A stretch of 37,304 bases of DNA from Burkholderiaceae bacterium (GCA_035497775.1 DATJCV010000371.1:1-37304); one strand, 5' to 3'. Numbered from the stretch's first letter, positions 17,843-28,031 are shown. Notes: generated by a model not told the origin, from the sequence alone. Program-made: numbers and translations.

Positions 17843-18979
17843 TCAAATAATTTCCAGTTCGGCACGCAAGGAGCCGGCCGCCTTCATCGCCTGCAGGATT
17901 GCCAGCAAATCTTGCGGGGTGGCGCCGATCGCATTGAGTGCCTTGACCACATCGGCCAGCGAGGCGCCGCCGGGCAACAGCATCACCTTGCCCGGCTCCT
18001 TGTTGATCTCGATCTGCGACGTCTGGGTGACCACGGTCTGGCCACCCGACAGCGGCGCCGGCTGGCTGATGACCGGCTCGGTATTGATCACTACCGACAG
18101 ATTGCCGTGCGACACCGCGCAGGTGTCCAGCGTCACGGTCTGGTTCATCACCACCGAGCCGGTACGCGCATTCAGGATCACTTTCGCCATCATTTGCGCC
18201 GGCGTCACATCCAGGCTCTCCAGCGCACCCAGGAATGCCACCCGCTCGTTGCTGCCGGCCGGCGCCTGCACCTGGATCACGCGGCCATTCTGCGCCGCCG
18301 CGATATTGGCGCCGAAACGGTTGTTGACTGCCTGCACCACCCGGCTGGCGGTGGAAAAATCGCTGTGATTGAGTTCGAGATTGATCACGTTGTCCTGGCC
18401 GACTGCGCTCGGCACCGCGCGCTCGACCGTGGCGCCGGATGAAATGCGGCCGACGCTCAAGTGATTGATCTGCCTCGAGCTGCCGCCGGCGGCGGCGCCG
18501 GCGCCGCCGACCACGATGCTGCCCTGCGCCATGCCGTAGATCTGGCCATCGGCGCCTTTCAACGGCGTCATCACCAGCGTGCCGCCGCGCAGACTCTTGG
18601 CATTGCCCATCGAGGACACCGTGATATCCAGCATCTGGCCCGGCTGCGCGAACGGCGGCAGCGAAGCGGTCACCATCACCGCCGCCACGTTCTTCAACTG
18701 CATGCGGTTGGCCGGCGGCAGGTTGACACCCATCTGCTGCAACATGCTGACCACGCTTTGCACGGTAAACGGGGTTTGCGTGGTCTGGTCGCCGCTGCCG
18801 TCCAGCCCGACCACCAGTCCGTAGCCGATCAACTGGTTTTGCCGCACGCCCTGGATGCTGGCCAGATCCTTCAGGCGCTCGGCATGCAGCGCCGGCGCCG
18901 CGCCCAGCCCGGCCGCGCACAGCGCCATCAGCAGCAATTTGCGGGTCAGAGTGATGGTCTGTTCAAGTGCCATGTTCAA
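17843..18979 (-). CDS. flgI: flagellar P-ring protein FlgI
   Basis: 378 aa, with a signal peptide followed by ERLKDLASIQGVRQNQLIGYGLVVGLDGSGD. Confidence 0.95.
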   Translation of the reverse strand: MNMALEQTITLTRKLLLMALCAAGLGAAPALHAERLKDLASIQGVRQNQLIGYGLVVGLDGSGDQTTQTPFTVQSVVSMLQQMGVNLPPANRMQLKNVAAVMVTASLPPFAQPGQMLDITVSSMGNAKSLRGGTLVMTPLKGADGQIYGMAQGSIVVGGAGAAAGGSSRQINHLSVGRISSGATVERAVPSAVGQDNVINLELNHSDFSTASRVVQAVNNRFGANIAAAQNGRVIQVQAPAGSNERVAFLGALESLDVTPAQMMAKVILNARTGSVVMNQTVTLDTCAVSHGNLSVVINTEPVISQPAPLSGGQTVVTQTSQIEINKEPGKVMLLPGGASLADVVKALNAIGATPQDLLAILQAMKAAGSLRAELEII

Positions 18980-18993
18980 TCCTGTTTTCTGCT

Positions 18994-19662
18994 CTACAAC
19001 GGCATGACGCTGAGGAAAAAGCGCGCCAGCGCACCCATGACTTCGGTCTTGTCGATATTGGTGTTGGTGCGGTATTCGACCCGCGCATCGGCCACCTGGG
19101 TCGATGGCACGACATTGCCGGCAACGATATTGTCGGGACTGACCACGCCGGAAAAGCGGATGTATTCGGTACTCTTGTCGAGCGCAATCTGTTTCTCCCC
19201 GCTGACCACCAGATTACCGTTCGGCAGGACGTCCACCACCGTGACCGTGATGGTGCCGGTGAAGTTGTTGTTGGAATTGACCCCGCCCTTGTCTTCAAAC
19301 TTGAGTGCGCCGTTGCTGGCGAACGAAGAATCGCGGGTCGTGCTGGCCGGCACCCCGAACAGCTTGGACAGGCCGAAGCTGACGCTGCCGCTCTTGCTGC
19401 CGTTGCTGTTGGCGGCCTTGCCGGCGGCGGTTTTTTCAACGATCGCAATCGTGATCACGTCGCCCACCAGGCGCGCGCGGCGATCTTCGAACAACGGCCG
19501 GTGGGCGGCGGCCTGGAAGATCGCGCCGTTGGCCGGCGCCGGCGCCGCTGCCAACTGCGGGCGCGCAGTGGTCGGCTGCATCACGATCGAATCCGGCACG
19601 CTAGCGCAGCCGCCCAGCGCGAGCAGGATGGCGAAAAAAACTACCGGCGACAGGTTTTTCAT
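18994..19662 (-). CDS. flgH: flagellar L-ring lipoprotein FlgH
   Basis: 222 aa from the ATG at 19662 (MKNLSPVVFFAILLALGGCAS, with a lipobox LGGC). A GGAG RBS is present. The ORF in the track extends to 19725 without support. Confidence 0.9.
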   Translation of the reverse strand: MKNLSPVVFFAILLALGGCASVPDSIVMQPTTARPQLAAAPAPANGAIFQAAAHRPLFEDRRARLVGDVITIAIVEKTAAGKAANSNGSKSGSVSFGLSKLFGVPASTTRDSSFASNGALKFEDKGGVNSNNNFTGTITVTVVDVLPNGNLVVSGEKQIALDKSTEYIRFSGVVSPDNIVAGNVVPSTQVADARVEYRTNTNIDKTEVMGALARFFLSVMPL

Positions 19663-19724
19663 ATCAGCTCCATCGCGCCTGCGAACTGCGTTGCACCCGC
19701 GTCCCGTGCGCACTTGCTTGAACA

Positions 19725-20507
19725 TTACAGTTGAGACAACCGCTGCAGCATCTGGTCGGATGTGGTGATGGCCTTGCTGTTGATTTCATAAGCGCGCTGG
19801 GTCTGGATCATGTTGACCAGCTCCTCGACCACGTTCACGTTCGAGGTTTCCACGTAACGCTGCGCCAGCGTGCCGGCGCCGTTCTCGCCCGGCGTCTCGA
19901 CGTTCGGCTGGCCCGAGGCGGCGGTCTCGATGTACAGATTCTCGCCGCGGCTTTCCAGCCCGGCCGGATTGATGAAGGTGGCCAGTTGCAGGTTGCCGAT
20001 CTGCACCGGCTGGGTGGAGCCAGCCTGGGTCACCGAGACGGTGCCGTCGCGGCCGACCGTCAGGCTCAAGGGGCCGGCTGGAATCTGCATTGCCGGCTGC
20101 ACCACGTAGCCGCTGGAAGTGACCAGTTGCCCCTGGCTATCGGCCTGGAACGAACCGTCGCGGGTATAGGCGGTAGAGCCATCCGGCAGCAGCACCTGGA
20201 AAAAGCCGGCGCCCTGAATCGCCACGTCCTTGTCGTTGCCGGTCTGCTGCAGGTTGCCCTGTGTATGAATGCGCTCGGTCGCCACCGGCCGCACCCCGGT
20301 GCCGAGCTGCAGGCCGGATGGCAACTGCGTCTGCTGTGACGACTGCGCGCCGGGCTGGCGCAGGGTCTGGTACAACAAGTCCTCGAACACCGCGCGCGAG
20401 CGCTTGAAGCCGGTCGTACTGACGTTGGCCAGGTTGTTCGAAATGACATCCATCTGGGTTTGCTGCGCTTCCAGACCGGTCTTGGAAATCCATAGTGAGC
20501 GAATCAT
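19725..20507 (-). CDS. flgG: flagellar distal rod protein FlgG
   Basis: 260 aa, [16 protein letters not shown]...[14 protein letters not shown], with the conserved C-terminus [18 protein letters not shown]. Confidence 0.95.
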   Translation of the reverse strand: MIRSLWISKTGLEAQQTQMDVISNNLANVSTTGFKRSRAVFEDLLYQTLRQPGAQSSQQTQLPSGLQLGTGVRPVATERIHTQGNLQQTGNDKDVAIQGAGFFQVLLPDGSTAYTRDGSFQADSQGQLVTSSGYVVQPAMQIPAGPLSLTVGRDGTVSVTQAGSTQPVQIGNLQLATFINPAGLESRGENLYIETAASGQPNVETPGENGAGTLAQRYVETSNVNVVEELVNMIQTQRAYEINSKAITTSDQMLQRLSQL

Positions 20508-20582
20508 TGTTCCTCCGAACCTGCAGTGCCGGCGCTCCGGGACGGGGCGCCCGCTTGATTACCGATTGTGCCTGCCGCGCGC

Positions 20583-21323
20583 CTAACTCAAAGCGAAGAG
20601 CTGAGCGGCTTTATTGGCGTTCGTCTCGGCGTTCTGCAACAACTTCATGTGCAGTTCGAACTGGCGCGCCAGGCTGATCATGTTGACCATCGCATCGACC
20701 ACGTTGACGTTGCTGCCTTCCAGTGAGCCGCCAATCAGGCTGACGTCGGCATCCGCCTCCGCCTCGCCGCCGCCCTTCAGCCGGAACAGGCCATCGTCGC
20801 CGCGCACCAGCGCGTCCGGCGCCGGATTGACCAGCTTGATGCGGCCCAGTTCGTTGACCGCATTCTTATCACTGGTGGTCGGTACCGCCGATACCGTGCC
20901 GTCGCGGGCGATGGCCACATTCACGTTCGGCGGCACGCTGATCGGTCCGCCGTCGCCCAGCACCGGCAGGCCGTTATGCGTTTGCAGCACGCCGTTCTCG
21001 CTCAATTTCAGGCTGCCGTGGCGGGTATAGGCTTCGGTACCGTCTGCCAGTTGCACTGCAAACCAGCCGGCCCCCTGCAGCGCCACATCCAGCTCGCGCC
21101 CGGTGTGCTGCAGCGGCCCGGGCGCAAAATCGCTGCCGACCGTCGAATCGACCACAAAGGCGCGCGTCGGCAAGCCGTCGCCTTGCACCGGCACCGCGCG
21201 AAACGCGTCGACCTGGGCGCGAAAACCGGTGGTAGTGGCATTCGCCAGGTTGTGCGAGACGGTCGCCTGCTGGTGCAGGATGTGCTTGGCGCCGGTCATC
21301 GCGGTGTAGATCAGGCGGTCCAT
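20583..21323 (-). CDS. flgF: flagellar proximal rod protein FlgF
   Basis: 246 aa, MDRLIYTAMTGAKH...SHNLANATTTGFR. It sits between flgE and flgG. Confidence 0.9.
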   Translation of the reverse strand: MDRLIYTAMTGAKHILHQQATVSHNLANATTTGFRAQVDAFRAVPVQGDGLPTRAFVVDSTVGSDFAPGPLQHTGRELDVALQGAGWFAVQLADGTEAYTRHGSLKLSENGVLQTHNGLPVLGDGGPISVPPNVNVAIARDGTVSAVPTTSDKNAVNELGRIKLVNPAPDALVRGDDGLFRLKGGGEAEADADVSLIGGSLEGSNVNVVDAMVNMISLARQFELHMKLLQNAETNANKAAQLFALS

Positions 21324-21354
21324 GCTTGCTCCTGTAATCGACGGTCAGCCACGC

Positions 21355-22614
21355 TTAGCGCAGGTTGACCAGGGTTTGCATGATCTGGTCCTGGGTCTTG
21401 ATGGTTTGCGCATTGGCCTGGTAGGCGCGCTGGGCAGTGATCATGTTGACCAGCTCGGCGGTCAGGTCGACGTTGGAATCCTCAGTCGCACGCGCTTGCA
21501 GCGTACCGAAATTGCCGGTAGTCGGCGTGCCGATCAACGCTGAGCCTGCGTCTGCGCTGGCGGCAAATAGATTGTTGCCGAGCGGTTGCAAGCCGTTGGG
21601 ATTGGCAAAATTCACCAGCAATACCTGACCCAGACTCTGAGTGCGGCCGTTGGAATAGCTGCCGATAATCTGCCCATCCTTGGAGATGTTGAAGCTGGAC
21701 AGCACGCCCGGCGCCATGCCGTTTTGGAACTGCGCCAGATTCACGAAAGGCGAGCCGGTTTGCGTTGAACCGAGGTAGTCCACCGAAATGCCGGCCGGAT
21801 CGAAGGAGGCACCCGGCTGGGCGGTCAAATTCAGCGGCGCCACGGTCGATCCGGTCATGATCCCATTGGTATCGAAGGTCAGCGTGCCAATGTCGGATTG
21901 CGTTGCCGGCGGGACAAAGGCCGGATAGGGCGCGCCGTCCACCGTGGCATACACATCCCATGTGGTCGCGGTGGCGGTCGATGTCGCCGTATTTTTCACG
22001 TAATACATTTGCACGTTGTACGTGTTGCCCAAGCTGTCGTATACCGTGACGTAGGAGGAATTGTTATAACTGGTCGGCTCTGTGGCAGCAAACGGCGTTG
22101 TCGACGGCGCGTTCAGACGCGAGTCGAGGTTGACCTTGGTCTGGATGCCGTTGGTTTCGATGGCGGGAAGGTTGGCGGTATTGATCTGCAACGGCACTGG
22201 ATCGCCGCCGCCGACGCCCGCCGGCCAACCCGTCAGAAAAGCGCCGTTCTGGCTGGGATTGATGATGTACCCCTTGTCATTGAGCTGAAACTGACCGTTA
22301 CGGCCATACAGCGGCGCCTGATTGGTCAGGCTCCCGACCATCCGGAAAAACCCATCGCCGTTAATTGCAATATCCAGTGGATTATTGCTGGAACTGATGT
22401 TTCCCTGAGTAAATTGCTGCGAGACATTGGCAACGTTGACCCCAATCCCGACCGGCGAATTGCCGGAACGGTTCATCGAATTCGCGTACATGTCGGCAAA
22501 TTGGGCCTGCCCCTGCTTGAAGCCGACCGTGCCCGAGTTGGCGACATTATTGCCAATCACTTCCAGATTTTTTGCTGCCGCGTTCAGGCCACTCAAACCT
22601 TGTTGAAAACTCAT
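21355..22614 (-). CDS. flgE: flagellar hook protein FlgE
   Basis: 419 aa, MSFQQGLSGLNAAAKNLEVIGNNVANSGTVGFK, with C-terminal QRAYQANAQTIKTQDQIMQTLVNLR. Confidence 0.95.
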   Translation of the reverse strand: MSFQQGLSGLNAAAKNLEVIGNNVANSGTVGFKQGQAQFADMYANSMNRSGNSPVGIGVNVANVSQQFTQGNISSSNNPLDIAINGDGFFRMVGSLTNQAPLYGRNGQFQLNDKGYIINPSQNGAFLTGWPAGVGGGDPVPLQINTANLPAIETNGIQTKVNLDSRLNAPSTTPFAATEPTSYNNSSYVTVYDSLGNTYNVQMYYVKNTATSTATATTWDVYATVDGAPYPAFVPPATQSDIGTLTFDTNGIMTGSTVAPLNLTAQPGASFDPAGISVDYLGSTQTGSPFVNLAQFQNGMAPGVLSSFNISKDGQIIGSYSNGRTQSLGQVLLVNFANPNGLQPLGNNLFAASADAGSALIGTPTTGNFGTLQARATEDSNVDLTAELVNMITAQRAYQANAQTIKTQDQIMQTLVNLR

Positions 22615-22657
22615 TTTTCGCTCCTGTTTCAGACGTTCTGGTTATGTGGTGCGGGTA

Positions 22658-23332
22658 TCAAATAATCTGCCGGACATCCGCTATGCGGACGCTGCCGAGC
22701 AACGGCAGGTTGAGCGTGATGCCTTGCGCTCCGGTCGAGATGCTGGATACCTGGCTGAAAGACAGCGCGCTGGCCGCACTGGCGGCGCCGCCGCGGGTCG
22801 CTGCGACCTCGAAGGTATAGATGCCATCGGCAGCCTGGGTGCCATCCCTGGTCTGGCCGTCCCACAACAATGGCTGCGAGCCGGCCTCTTGCCGGCCCAG
22901 ATTGATCTGCTGCACGGGATTGCCGTCGGCATCGCGCACCGTGACCAGAACATCGTCCGCAGGCTCGGCCAGCTCAATGCCGAATATCGCCTTGCCATCC
23001 TGCAGCGCCATGCTTGCACCGGGCACCAGCACGCCGTGACCGATCAGGTTGGCTGCCTGCAGCACCTGGTTGCCCTGCTGGTCGCTCATCATCACCGCCA
23101 GCGTGGCATTCAGCTTTTCGATCCCGGTCACGGTCGACAACTGCGCCATCTGGCTGGTCACCTGCGCATTGTCCAGCGGGTTCAAGGGGTCTTGATTCTT
23201 CATTTGCGCTACCAGCAATTTCAGGAACCGATCCTCGGTGGCCGCGGTACCGCTGGCTTTTCCGCTATCCGAGGCGGGATTCATCGTCGCCAGCAGACTT
23301 GGGGATATCGTGTTGTTTTGCACTGTGCTCAT
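22658..23332 (-). CDS. flgD: flagellar hook capping/assembly protein FlgD
   Basis: 224 aa, with the FLKLLVAQMKNQDPLNPLD motif and a C-terminal FlgD Ig-like region. Confidence 0.9.
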   Translation of the reverse strand: MSTVQNNTISPSLLATMNPASDSGKASGTAATEDRFLKLLVAQMKNQDPLNPLDNAQVTSQMAQLSTVTGIEKLNATLAVMMSDQQGNQVLQAANLIGHGVLVPGASMALQDGKAIFGIELAEPADDVLVTVRDADGNPVQQINLGRQEAGSQPLLWDGQTRDGTQAADGIYTFEVAATRGGAASAASALSFSQVSSISTGAQGITLNLPLLGSVRIADVRQII

Positions 23333-23376
23333 GAGAATCCTTCCGTGCGATGGTCAGCGGCTTGTCGTGAATGATC

Positions 23377-23781
23377 TTATTGACCGATGGTCAGGGTTTT
23401 CAGCAGCATGGTCTTGGCCGCGTTCATGGTTTCCACGTTGGTCTGGTACGAGCGCGAGGCGGAAATCATGTTGACCATCTCTTCCACCGTATTCACGTTC
23501 GGCATCGCGACATTGCCGTCGGCGTCGGCCAGTGGATGTTTCGGGTCATACACCAGCCGCCCCGGCGAAGCATCTTCCACCACCTGCTGCACCTTGACGC
23601 CGGCCGCCGCCGTACCTTGCAGCGGAACCGCCTCGAACACCACCTGCTTCGCCTTGTAGACCTGTCCGGTCGAGCTGGTGGCACTGTCGGCATTCGCCAG
23701 ATTGCTGGCGACCGCATTCAGCCGTTGCGCCTGCGCGCTCATGGCGGAACCGGCGACGTTGAAAATATTGAAGAGTGACAT
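23377..23781 (-). CDS. flgC: flagellar proximal rod protein FlgC
   Basis: 134 aa, [33 protein letters not shown], with C-terminal [22 protein letters not shown]. Confidence 0.95.
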   Translation of the reverse strand: MSLFNIFNVAGSAMSAQAQRLNAVASNLANADSATSSTGQVYKAKQVVFEAVPLQGTAAAGVKVQQVVEDASPGRLVYDPKHPLADADGNVAMPNVNTVEEMVNMISASRSYQTNVETMNAAKTMLLKTLTIGQ

Positions 23782-23810
23782 CTGTTAACTCCCAAAAGCC
23801 TCGCACCGAA

Positions 23811-24221
23811 TCAACCTTGAATCGCCGCCAGCAAGTTCCTGATCTGCATACTGACCACCGTCAGGCCGGCTTCGTAGCGCAGCGCATTGTCGGCAAACTG
23901 GTTGCGTTCGACGTCCATGTCGACCGTGTTGCCATCGACATTGCCCTGCGCGGTAGTGCGGTACAGCAGCGGCGCGCCGCCCGGGCCGAGCGTGGCGCTG
24001 GCGCCGTTCAAATGCGCAGTTGCAGTTTTCACCAAACCGCCGTTCGTCTGTTTGCTATGATTCAACGCTCCTTGCAGCGCCTGATTGAAATCGATGTCGC
24101 GCGCCTTGTAGTTCGGCGTGTCGGCGTTGGCGATATTCGATGCCAGCATTTGCTGCCGTTGCGCGCGCAGACTGAGCGCCATTTCATTGAAGCGCAACGC
24201 ATCGTCCAGTTTTCCGATCAT
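23811..24221 (-). CDS. flgB: flagellar proximal rod protein FlgB
   Basis: 136 aa from the ATG at 24221 (MIGKLDDALRF...), with a GGGAG RBS and the SNIANADTPNYKARD motif. The ORF in the track starts 27 nt further upstream. Confidence 0.9.
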   Translation of the reverse strand: MIGKLDDALRFNEMALSLRAQRQQMLASNIANADTPNYKARDIDFNQALQGALNHSKQTNGGLVKTATAHLNGASATLGPGGAPLLYRTTAQGNVDGNTVDMDVERNQFADNALRYEAGLTVVSMQIRNLLAAIQG

Positions 24222-24408
24222 GTCCCGCTCCCGAAATGACCGGCCCAAGATAGTGCGTCTTGCGCCGATGAGGGTTTTGTATAGCTCATATCATACGAAA
24301 GCCGAACCGGTTCGATTGCCCGATCAAGCACCCAAACCCATCCCTATTTCACGCTTTAAGCGCTGTCGGAGTCCGTAACATTGACCGTGTCCAAAATCCC
24401 CGGTCGAC

Positions 24409-25110
24409 ATGAAAAACCCCCTGCTCATCCTGGCCGTGCTGCTATCGCTGTTGTCGGCGGCGGCCGTCGCGCACGCCGCCGACCCCCGCCAGGACCTGGC
24501 GACGCTACAGAAAACTGCGCAGCAATTCCTGCGCACGCAGGCGGCGGGACTGCCCGGCAGCGTCGAGGTCGAAGTGGATGCCTTCGATTCGCGCCTGAAC
24601 CTGGCCGCCTGTCCGGCACCCAAGGCTTTCCTGGCGAACGGCAGCCGCGCCTGGGGCAAGACCACGGTCGGAGTGCGCTGCACCGCGCCGGCAGCGTGGA
24701 CGGTGTACGTGGCGGCGCGCGTGCGCGTTCTTGCCGAATACGTGGCCGCCGCCGCGCCGCTGGCGCAAGGGCAAGTGATCGGCGCCGACGATGTCGCGAC
24801 GCTGCAAGGCGATCTAACGACGTTGCCGCCCGGCGTCGTGACCGACCCTTCGCAGGCCATCGGCCGCAGCGTGGCGCGCTCCCTGCCCCTGGGTGCGCCA
24901 TTGCGCGAAGATTCGCTGCGCAACCAGCAGGCAATCCGGACCGGCCAAGCGGTGCAATTGATCACCACCGGCCCCGGGTTTCGCATTTCCGGCGAAGGCC
25001 GCGCAGTCAACAATGCCAATGAAGGCCAGATCGCTCAGGCGCGGACCGCAGCCGGGCAACTGGTGAGCGGCATCGCCCGCGCCGGCGGCGTATTGGAAGT
25101 CCGGTTTTGA
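24409..25110 (+). CDS. flgA: flagellar P-ring assembly chaperone FlgA
   Basis: 233 aa with a signal peptide (LSAAAVAHA). The C-terminal SAF-like region (GQAVQLITTGPGFRISGEGRAVNNANEGQ) is present. The gene is divergent from flgB. Confidence 0.85.
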   Translation: MKNPLLILAVLLSLLSAAAVAHAADPRQDLATLQKTAQQFLRTQAAGLPGSVEVEVDAFDSRLNLAACPAPKAFLANGSRAWGKTTVGVRCTAPAAWTVYVAARVRVLAEYVAAAAPLAQGQVIGADDVATLQGDLTTLPPGVVTDPSQAIGRSVARSLPLGAPLREDSLRNQQAIRTGQAVQLITTGPGFRISGEGRAVNNANEGQIAQARTAAGQLVSGIARAGGVLEVRF

Positions 25111-25146
25111 TCGACCGGCGGGTTTTACGAAAGCGCGGCCAAATGT

Positions 25147-25173
25147 TAAAGTTTGTGACGATATCGTCGATAA
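25147..25173 (+). promoter_or_regulatory. sigma-28 (FliA) class promoter upstream of flgM
   Basis: TAAAGTTT (25147..25154), 11 nt, GTCGATAA (25166..25173), against the enterobacterial consensus TAAAGTTT-N11-GCCGATAA. It lies about 50 bp upstream of the flgM GTG. Confidence 0.75.
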
Positions 25174-25221
25174 TCAGGTGCGCCCTGAGGCGATTTGCCC
25201 TAACCAGACAAGGATGATGTC

Positions 25222-25536
25222 GTGAAAATCGATAATTCGATCAAGAAAAGCACCGGTTTGCCGGTTGGGCCGGCCGAGACACGCGGTGGCAAGAGCGCCG
25301 GGAAGGCGGCCGCTGCCGGGGCAGCCAGCGCCGCTCCGGCCTCCGACAATGTGCATATTTCCGCGCAACTGAAGGCGCTGTCCGGCCAGGTGGCCAGCGG
25401 CGCCGTATTCGATAGCGGCAAGGTCGAGGAAATCAAGGCGGCAATCGCTGGCGGTCAGTTTCAGGTTGACCCCGAAAAAGTCGCCACTGGCTTGCTGGAA
25501 TCGGTGCGCGATCTGATTCACTCACGCAAAAGCTGA
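25222..25536 (+). CDS. flgM: anti-sigma-28 factor FlgM
   Basis: 104 aa with a GTG start preceded by an AAGGA RBS. The C-terminal FliA-binding region (KVEEIKAAIAGGQFQVDPEKVATGLLESV) is present. Confidence 0.9.
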   Translation: MKIDNSIKKSTGLPVGPAETRGGKSAGKAAAAGAASAAPASDNVHISAQLKALSGQVASGAVFDSGKVEEIKAAIAGGQFQVDPEKVATGLLESVRDLIHSRKS

Positions 25537-25538
25537 CG

Positions 25539-26012
25539 ATGACCACAACGCTCCCCGACCCTGCCAGCAATCTGGCCGAAGAACAACAGGTAGTGCAAAG
25601 CCTGCTGGCTTTGCTGCAACGGGAGCAAACGCGGTTGATGGCGACGGGAATCGACGGTCTGCCCGAAATGACCGTAGAAAAAAACACCTTGATCAACCGC
25701 ATGGCGGTACTCGGCCGGGCGCGCTACGCGGCGCTGGCAGCCGTAGCCCACGACGCCGACGAGAATGGCATGCGGGCCTGGCTGGAGCAGGGTCCGCACC
25801 ATGCCGCGCAGCGGCTCTGGACCGATTTGCGCACTCAGGCCGAAGCGGCCAGGGAATTGAATCGCACCAACGGCCTGTTGATTGGCAAGCGCCTGGCGCA
25901 CAACCAGGCCGCGCTGAATGTATTGCAAGGAAGTGCTGCCGGCGGTAATTTCTACGGTCCGGACGGTCAATCCACCAGCCGCAGTTCGAACCATCGCCTG
26001 ATTGTAGGCTGA
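25539..26012 (+). CDS. flgN: flagellar export chaperone FlgN
   Basis: 157 aa helical protein immediately after flgM. It shows a FlgN-like pattern (LLALLQREQTRL...KNTLINRM...LNRTNGLLI). Confidence 0.8.
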   Translation: MTTTLPDPASNLAEEQQVVQSLLALLQREQTRLMATGIDGLPEMTVEKNTLINRMAVLGRARYAALAAVAHDADENGMRAWLEQGPHHAAQRLWTDLRTQAEAARELNRTNGLLIGKRLAHNQAALNVLQGSAAGGNFYGPDGQSTSRSSNHRLIVG

Positions 26013-26307
26013 TCACACAGAATGATCGCTGGCGGCACTCTGCCAGCCTCACGCTTCTTCCGTATCTCGCCCTATCTCCGCATATCGACTCACGAACTGC
26101 CTGCAACTGGCTAAATAGTTTGCGATTCGTCATCGCCAACGCGCTTTTCGGCCGGCTTTGCCAAAAATAGCGGCCAAATTGGCCGTTTAGACATTGCTCG
26201 CAGCCGCACGCGCCCGGTAGACTTGGCACTCATCCCTGTCATCTTGCCTAGCGCGCCATGCCTGCGGACGTTGTCGGCGTCGGCATCGCAGTCTGCGCTG
26301 CACGCCG

Positions 26308-27423
26308 ATGCTGTCCAAAAAATTCTTCCTGTCGATCCTTGCCGCCATCGCCACCGCCGCCCAGGCCGGTGGCTCGGCCCCCTTGTTTTCGGCTCGCCCC
26401 CTGGTGCTGCCGGATCTGGCGCTGCCCAGCGATCTGCCAGCCAGGCGCTTTGCGATCGACCAGCAAAGCGCCACCCTGGGCGGCGATACCCGCGACCAGA
26501 CCTGGACCACGCACGTGAACTATGCAACCGACCCCGCACTCAGCGTTGCTTACGGCCTGCGGCTCGACCCCACCCTGGCTGGCGGCACCAACCTGGTTTA
26601 TGGCACGCGCCACAAGGAGCTGCTGCTGAATGCGATTTACGCGCCGCAAACGGATCTGCGTTTCAAGTTCAGCGGCGGCCAGCTGCGTCGCACCGACGAC
26701 TTCGAATTCGCTTCCGGCACGTACGCCGATAGCGTGATGCAGCACACTTACCTGGTGGGCGTGCGCAAATACTGGGGCAGCGCATTGTTTTCCGACTTCA
26801 GCCTGAACGCATGGCATGCTTATGCAGACGATACCGACCCTGGACAACAAGCCCTAATACAAGAAACCGCAGCGGCCAAGGAGCTGTATATCGATCCGCG
26901 CGCGCTGGCGACCGGCACCCGGCGCGGCTACCTGCTCAATCTCGCGCTCACGCCGCTGCCGGAATCACGACTGGAACTCGGCACCGGCGTCGATCAAACC
27001 AGCTACCACTTCGCCGATGGCAGCGCTTCGCATGACGACAGTGCCTCGCGCCGCCTGCACTACACCCAGTACCTGAACAACTGCGCGCGCCTGCAAGGCA
27101 ACTATCAGCGCAAGGCTGCATGGCGCAGCTTTGGCGTCAGCCTTGCCAGCGGCGCCTGGAGCATCGGCGCCGCGCGCAGCGTTGACCGCGACAGCGGCGA
27201 TGGCGGCTATGCGATCAATGCCGGCTACACCATTCCGATGGGGAAAACCGGCGGTCGCCCTTCCAGCTGCGGGTCCGACCTGAACCAGGCACGCACGTTT
27301 GGCTCGATGGTCAATAGCAGTGTCACGCGCAGCGGCAACTTGCCCGTGGAGCCGCTGGTGCAGGTCGATCCGACTGCGCGGCCGGTGCTCAGCGCGGTAT
27401 GGGCCAGGGATCAAGTGCAGTAG
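26308..27423 (+). CDS. secreted outer-membrane beta-barrel protein, possibly inverse-autotransporter (intimin/invasin) beta-domain without passenger
   Basis: 371 aa with a signal peptide (MLSKKFFLSILAAIATAAQA|GG). Alternating beta-strand-like blocks, and segments such as LLLNAIYA, YLVGVRKYW...FSLNAWHAY, RRGYLLNLALTPLPESRLELG and the C-terminal VTRSGNLPVE, resemble by eye conserved blocks of IAT beta-domains plus linker. The family call is tentative. Confidence 0.4.
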   Translation: MLSKKFFLSILAAIATAAQAGGSAPLFSARPLVLPDLALPSDLPARRFAIDQQSATLGGDTRDQTWTTHVNYATDPALSVAYGLRLDPTLAGGTNLVYGTRHKELLLNAIYAPQTDLRFKFSGGQLRRTDDFEFASGTYADSVMQHTYLVGVRKYWGSALFSDFSLNAWHAYADDTDPGQQALIQETAAAKELYIDPRALATGTRRGYLLNLALTPLPESRLELGTGVDQTSYHFADGSASHDDSASRRLHYTQYLNNCARLQGNYQRKAAWRSFGVSLASGAWSIGAARSVDRDSGDGGYAINAGYTIPMGKTGGRPSSCGSDLNQARTFGSMVNSSVTRSGNLPVEPLVQVDPTARPVLSAVWARDQVQ

Positions 27424-27443
27424 GCTGGCCCCGACCGCGGCCA

Positions 27444-27857
27444 TCACTGTTCGTCACGCTGCGGCAGGGTGGCGCCATCCTCGGCGGCCTTGAGAGGCTC
27501 GCTTTCGTGGCGCCGGATGCGCTGAAATTCCTTTTGCAGGCGGGCGATCTCCTCATCCCCCATATTTTCCAGGTCGACCAGGCCGGTACGGGCGTTTTCA
27601 ATCGCACATAACAGTTCGTCGAGCTTCAACTGCATCGCCTGGGCATCCCGGTTTTGGGAGTTCTGGATGATGAACACCATCAAAAAGGTGACCACCGACG
27701 TCCCGGTATTGATCACCAGTTGCCAGGTATCCGAATAGCCGAACAAGGGACCCGTCACAGCCCAGACGGCGATCACCAGGCAGGCGATCAGAAATGCCCA
27801 GGACGAGCCAACCGTGAGAGCGCAGTATTGCGCGAATCGATGAAAAATTCCGCTCAT
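27444..27857 (-). CDS. low-affinity iron permease family protein
   Basis: 137 aa with two TM helices. It carries the family-typical block SDTWQLVINTGTSVVTFLMVFIIQNSQNRDAQAMQLKLDELL. Confidence 0.75.
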   Translation of the reverse strand: MSGIFHRFAQYCALTVGSSWAFLIACLVIAVWAVTGPLFGYSDTWQLVINTGTSVVTFLMVFIIQNSQNRDAQAMQLKLDELLCAIENARTGLVDLENMGDEEIARLQKEFQRIRRHESEPLKAAEDGATLPQRDEQ

Positions 27858-28031
27858 GATCTGCTTCCGCTGTAGCGATGGCCCTGCACCTCGATGCCGG
27901 CCTTGCCATCTTCAGTCCGGCGGCGCCCGGCGGCTAGACTACACCGGATTGCCTGGTCCTGCGGAGGCGTCAAACAGATTTTCCCAGGGCAATTTTATGC
28001 ACGATGGAGGAAAGTGAACGGCGAATGCTGC

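Noticed and set aside
26028-26047. The hairpin GCTGGC-N8-GCCAGC after flgN, and the small stem TGGCC-N8-GGCCA (27426..27443) between the convergent barrel and permease genes, as terminators.
   Set aside because: The stems are short (5-6 bp) with no following U-tract. They are too weak to call.
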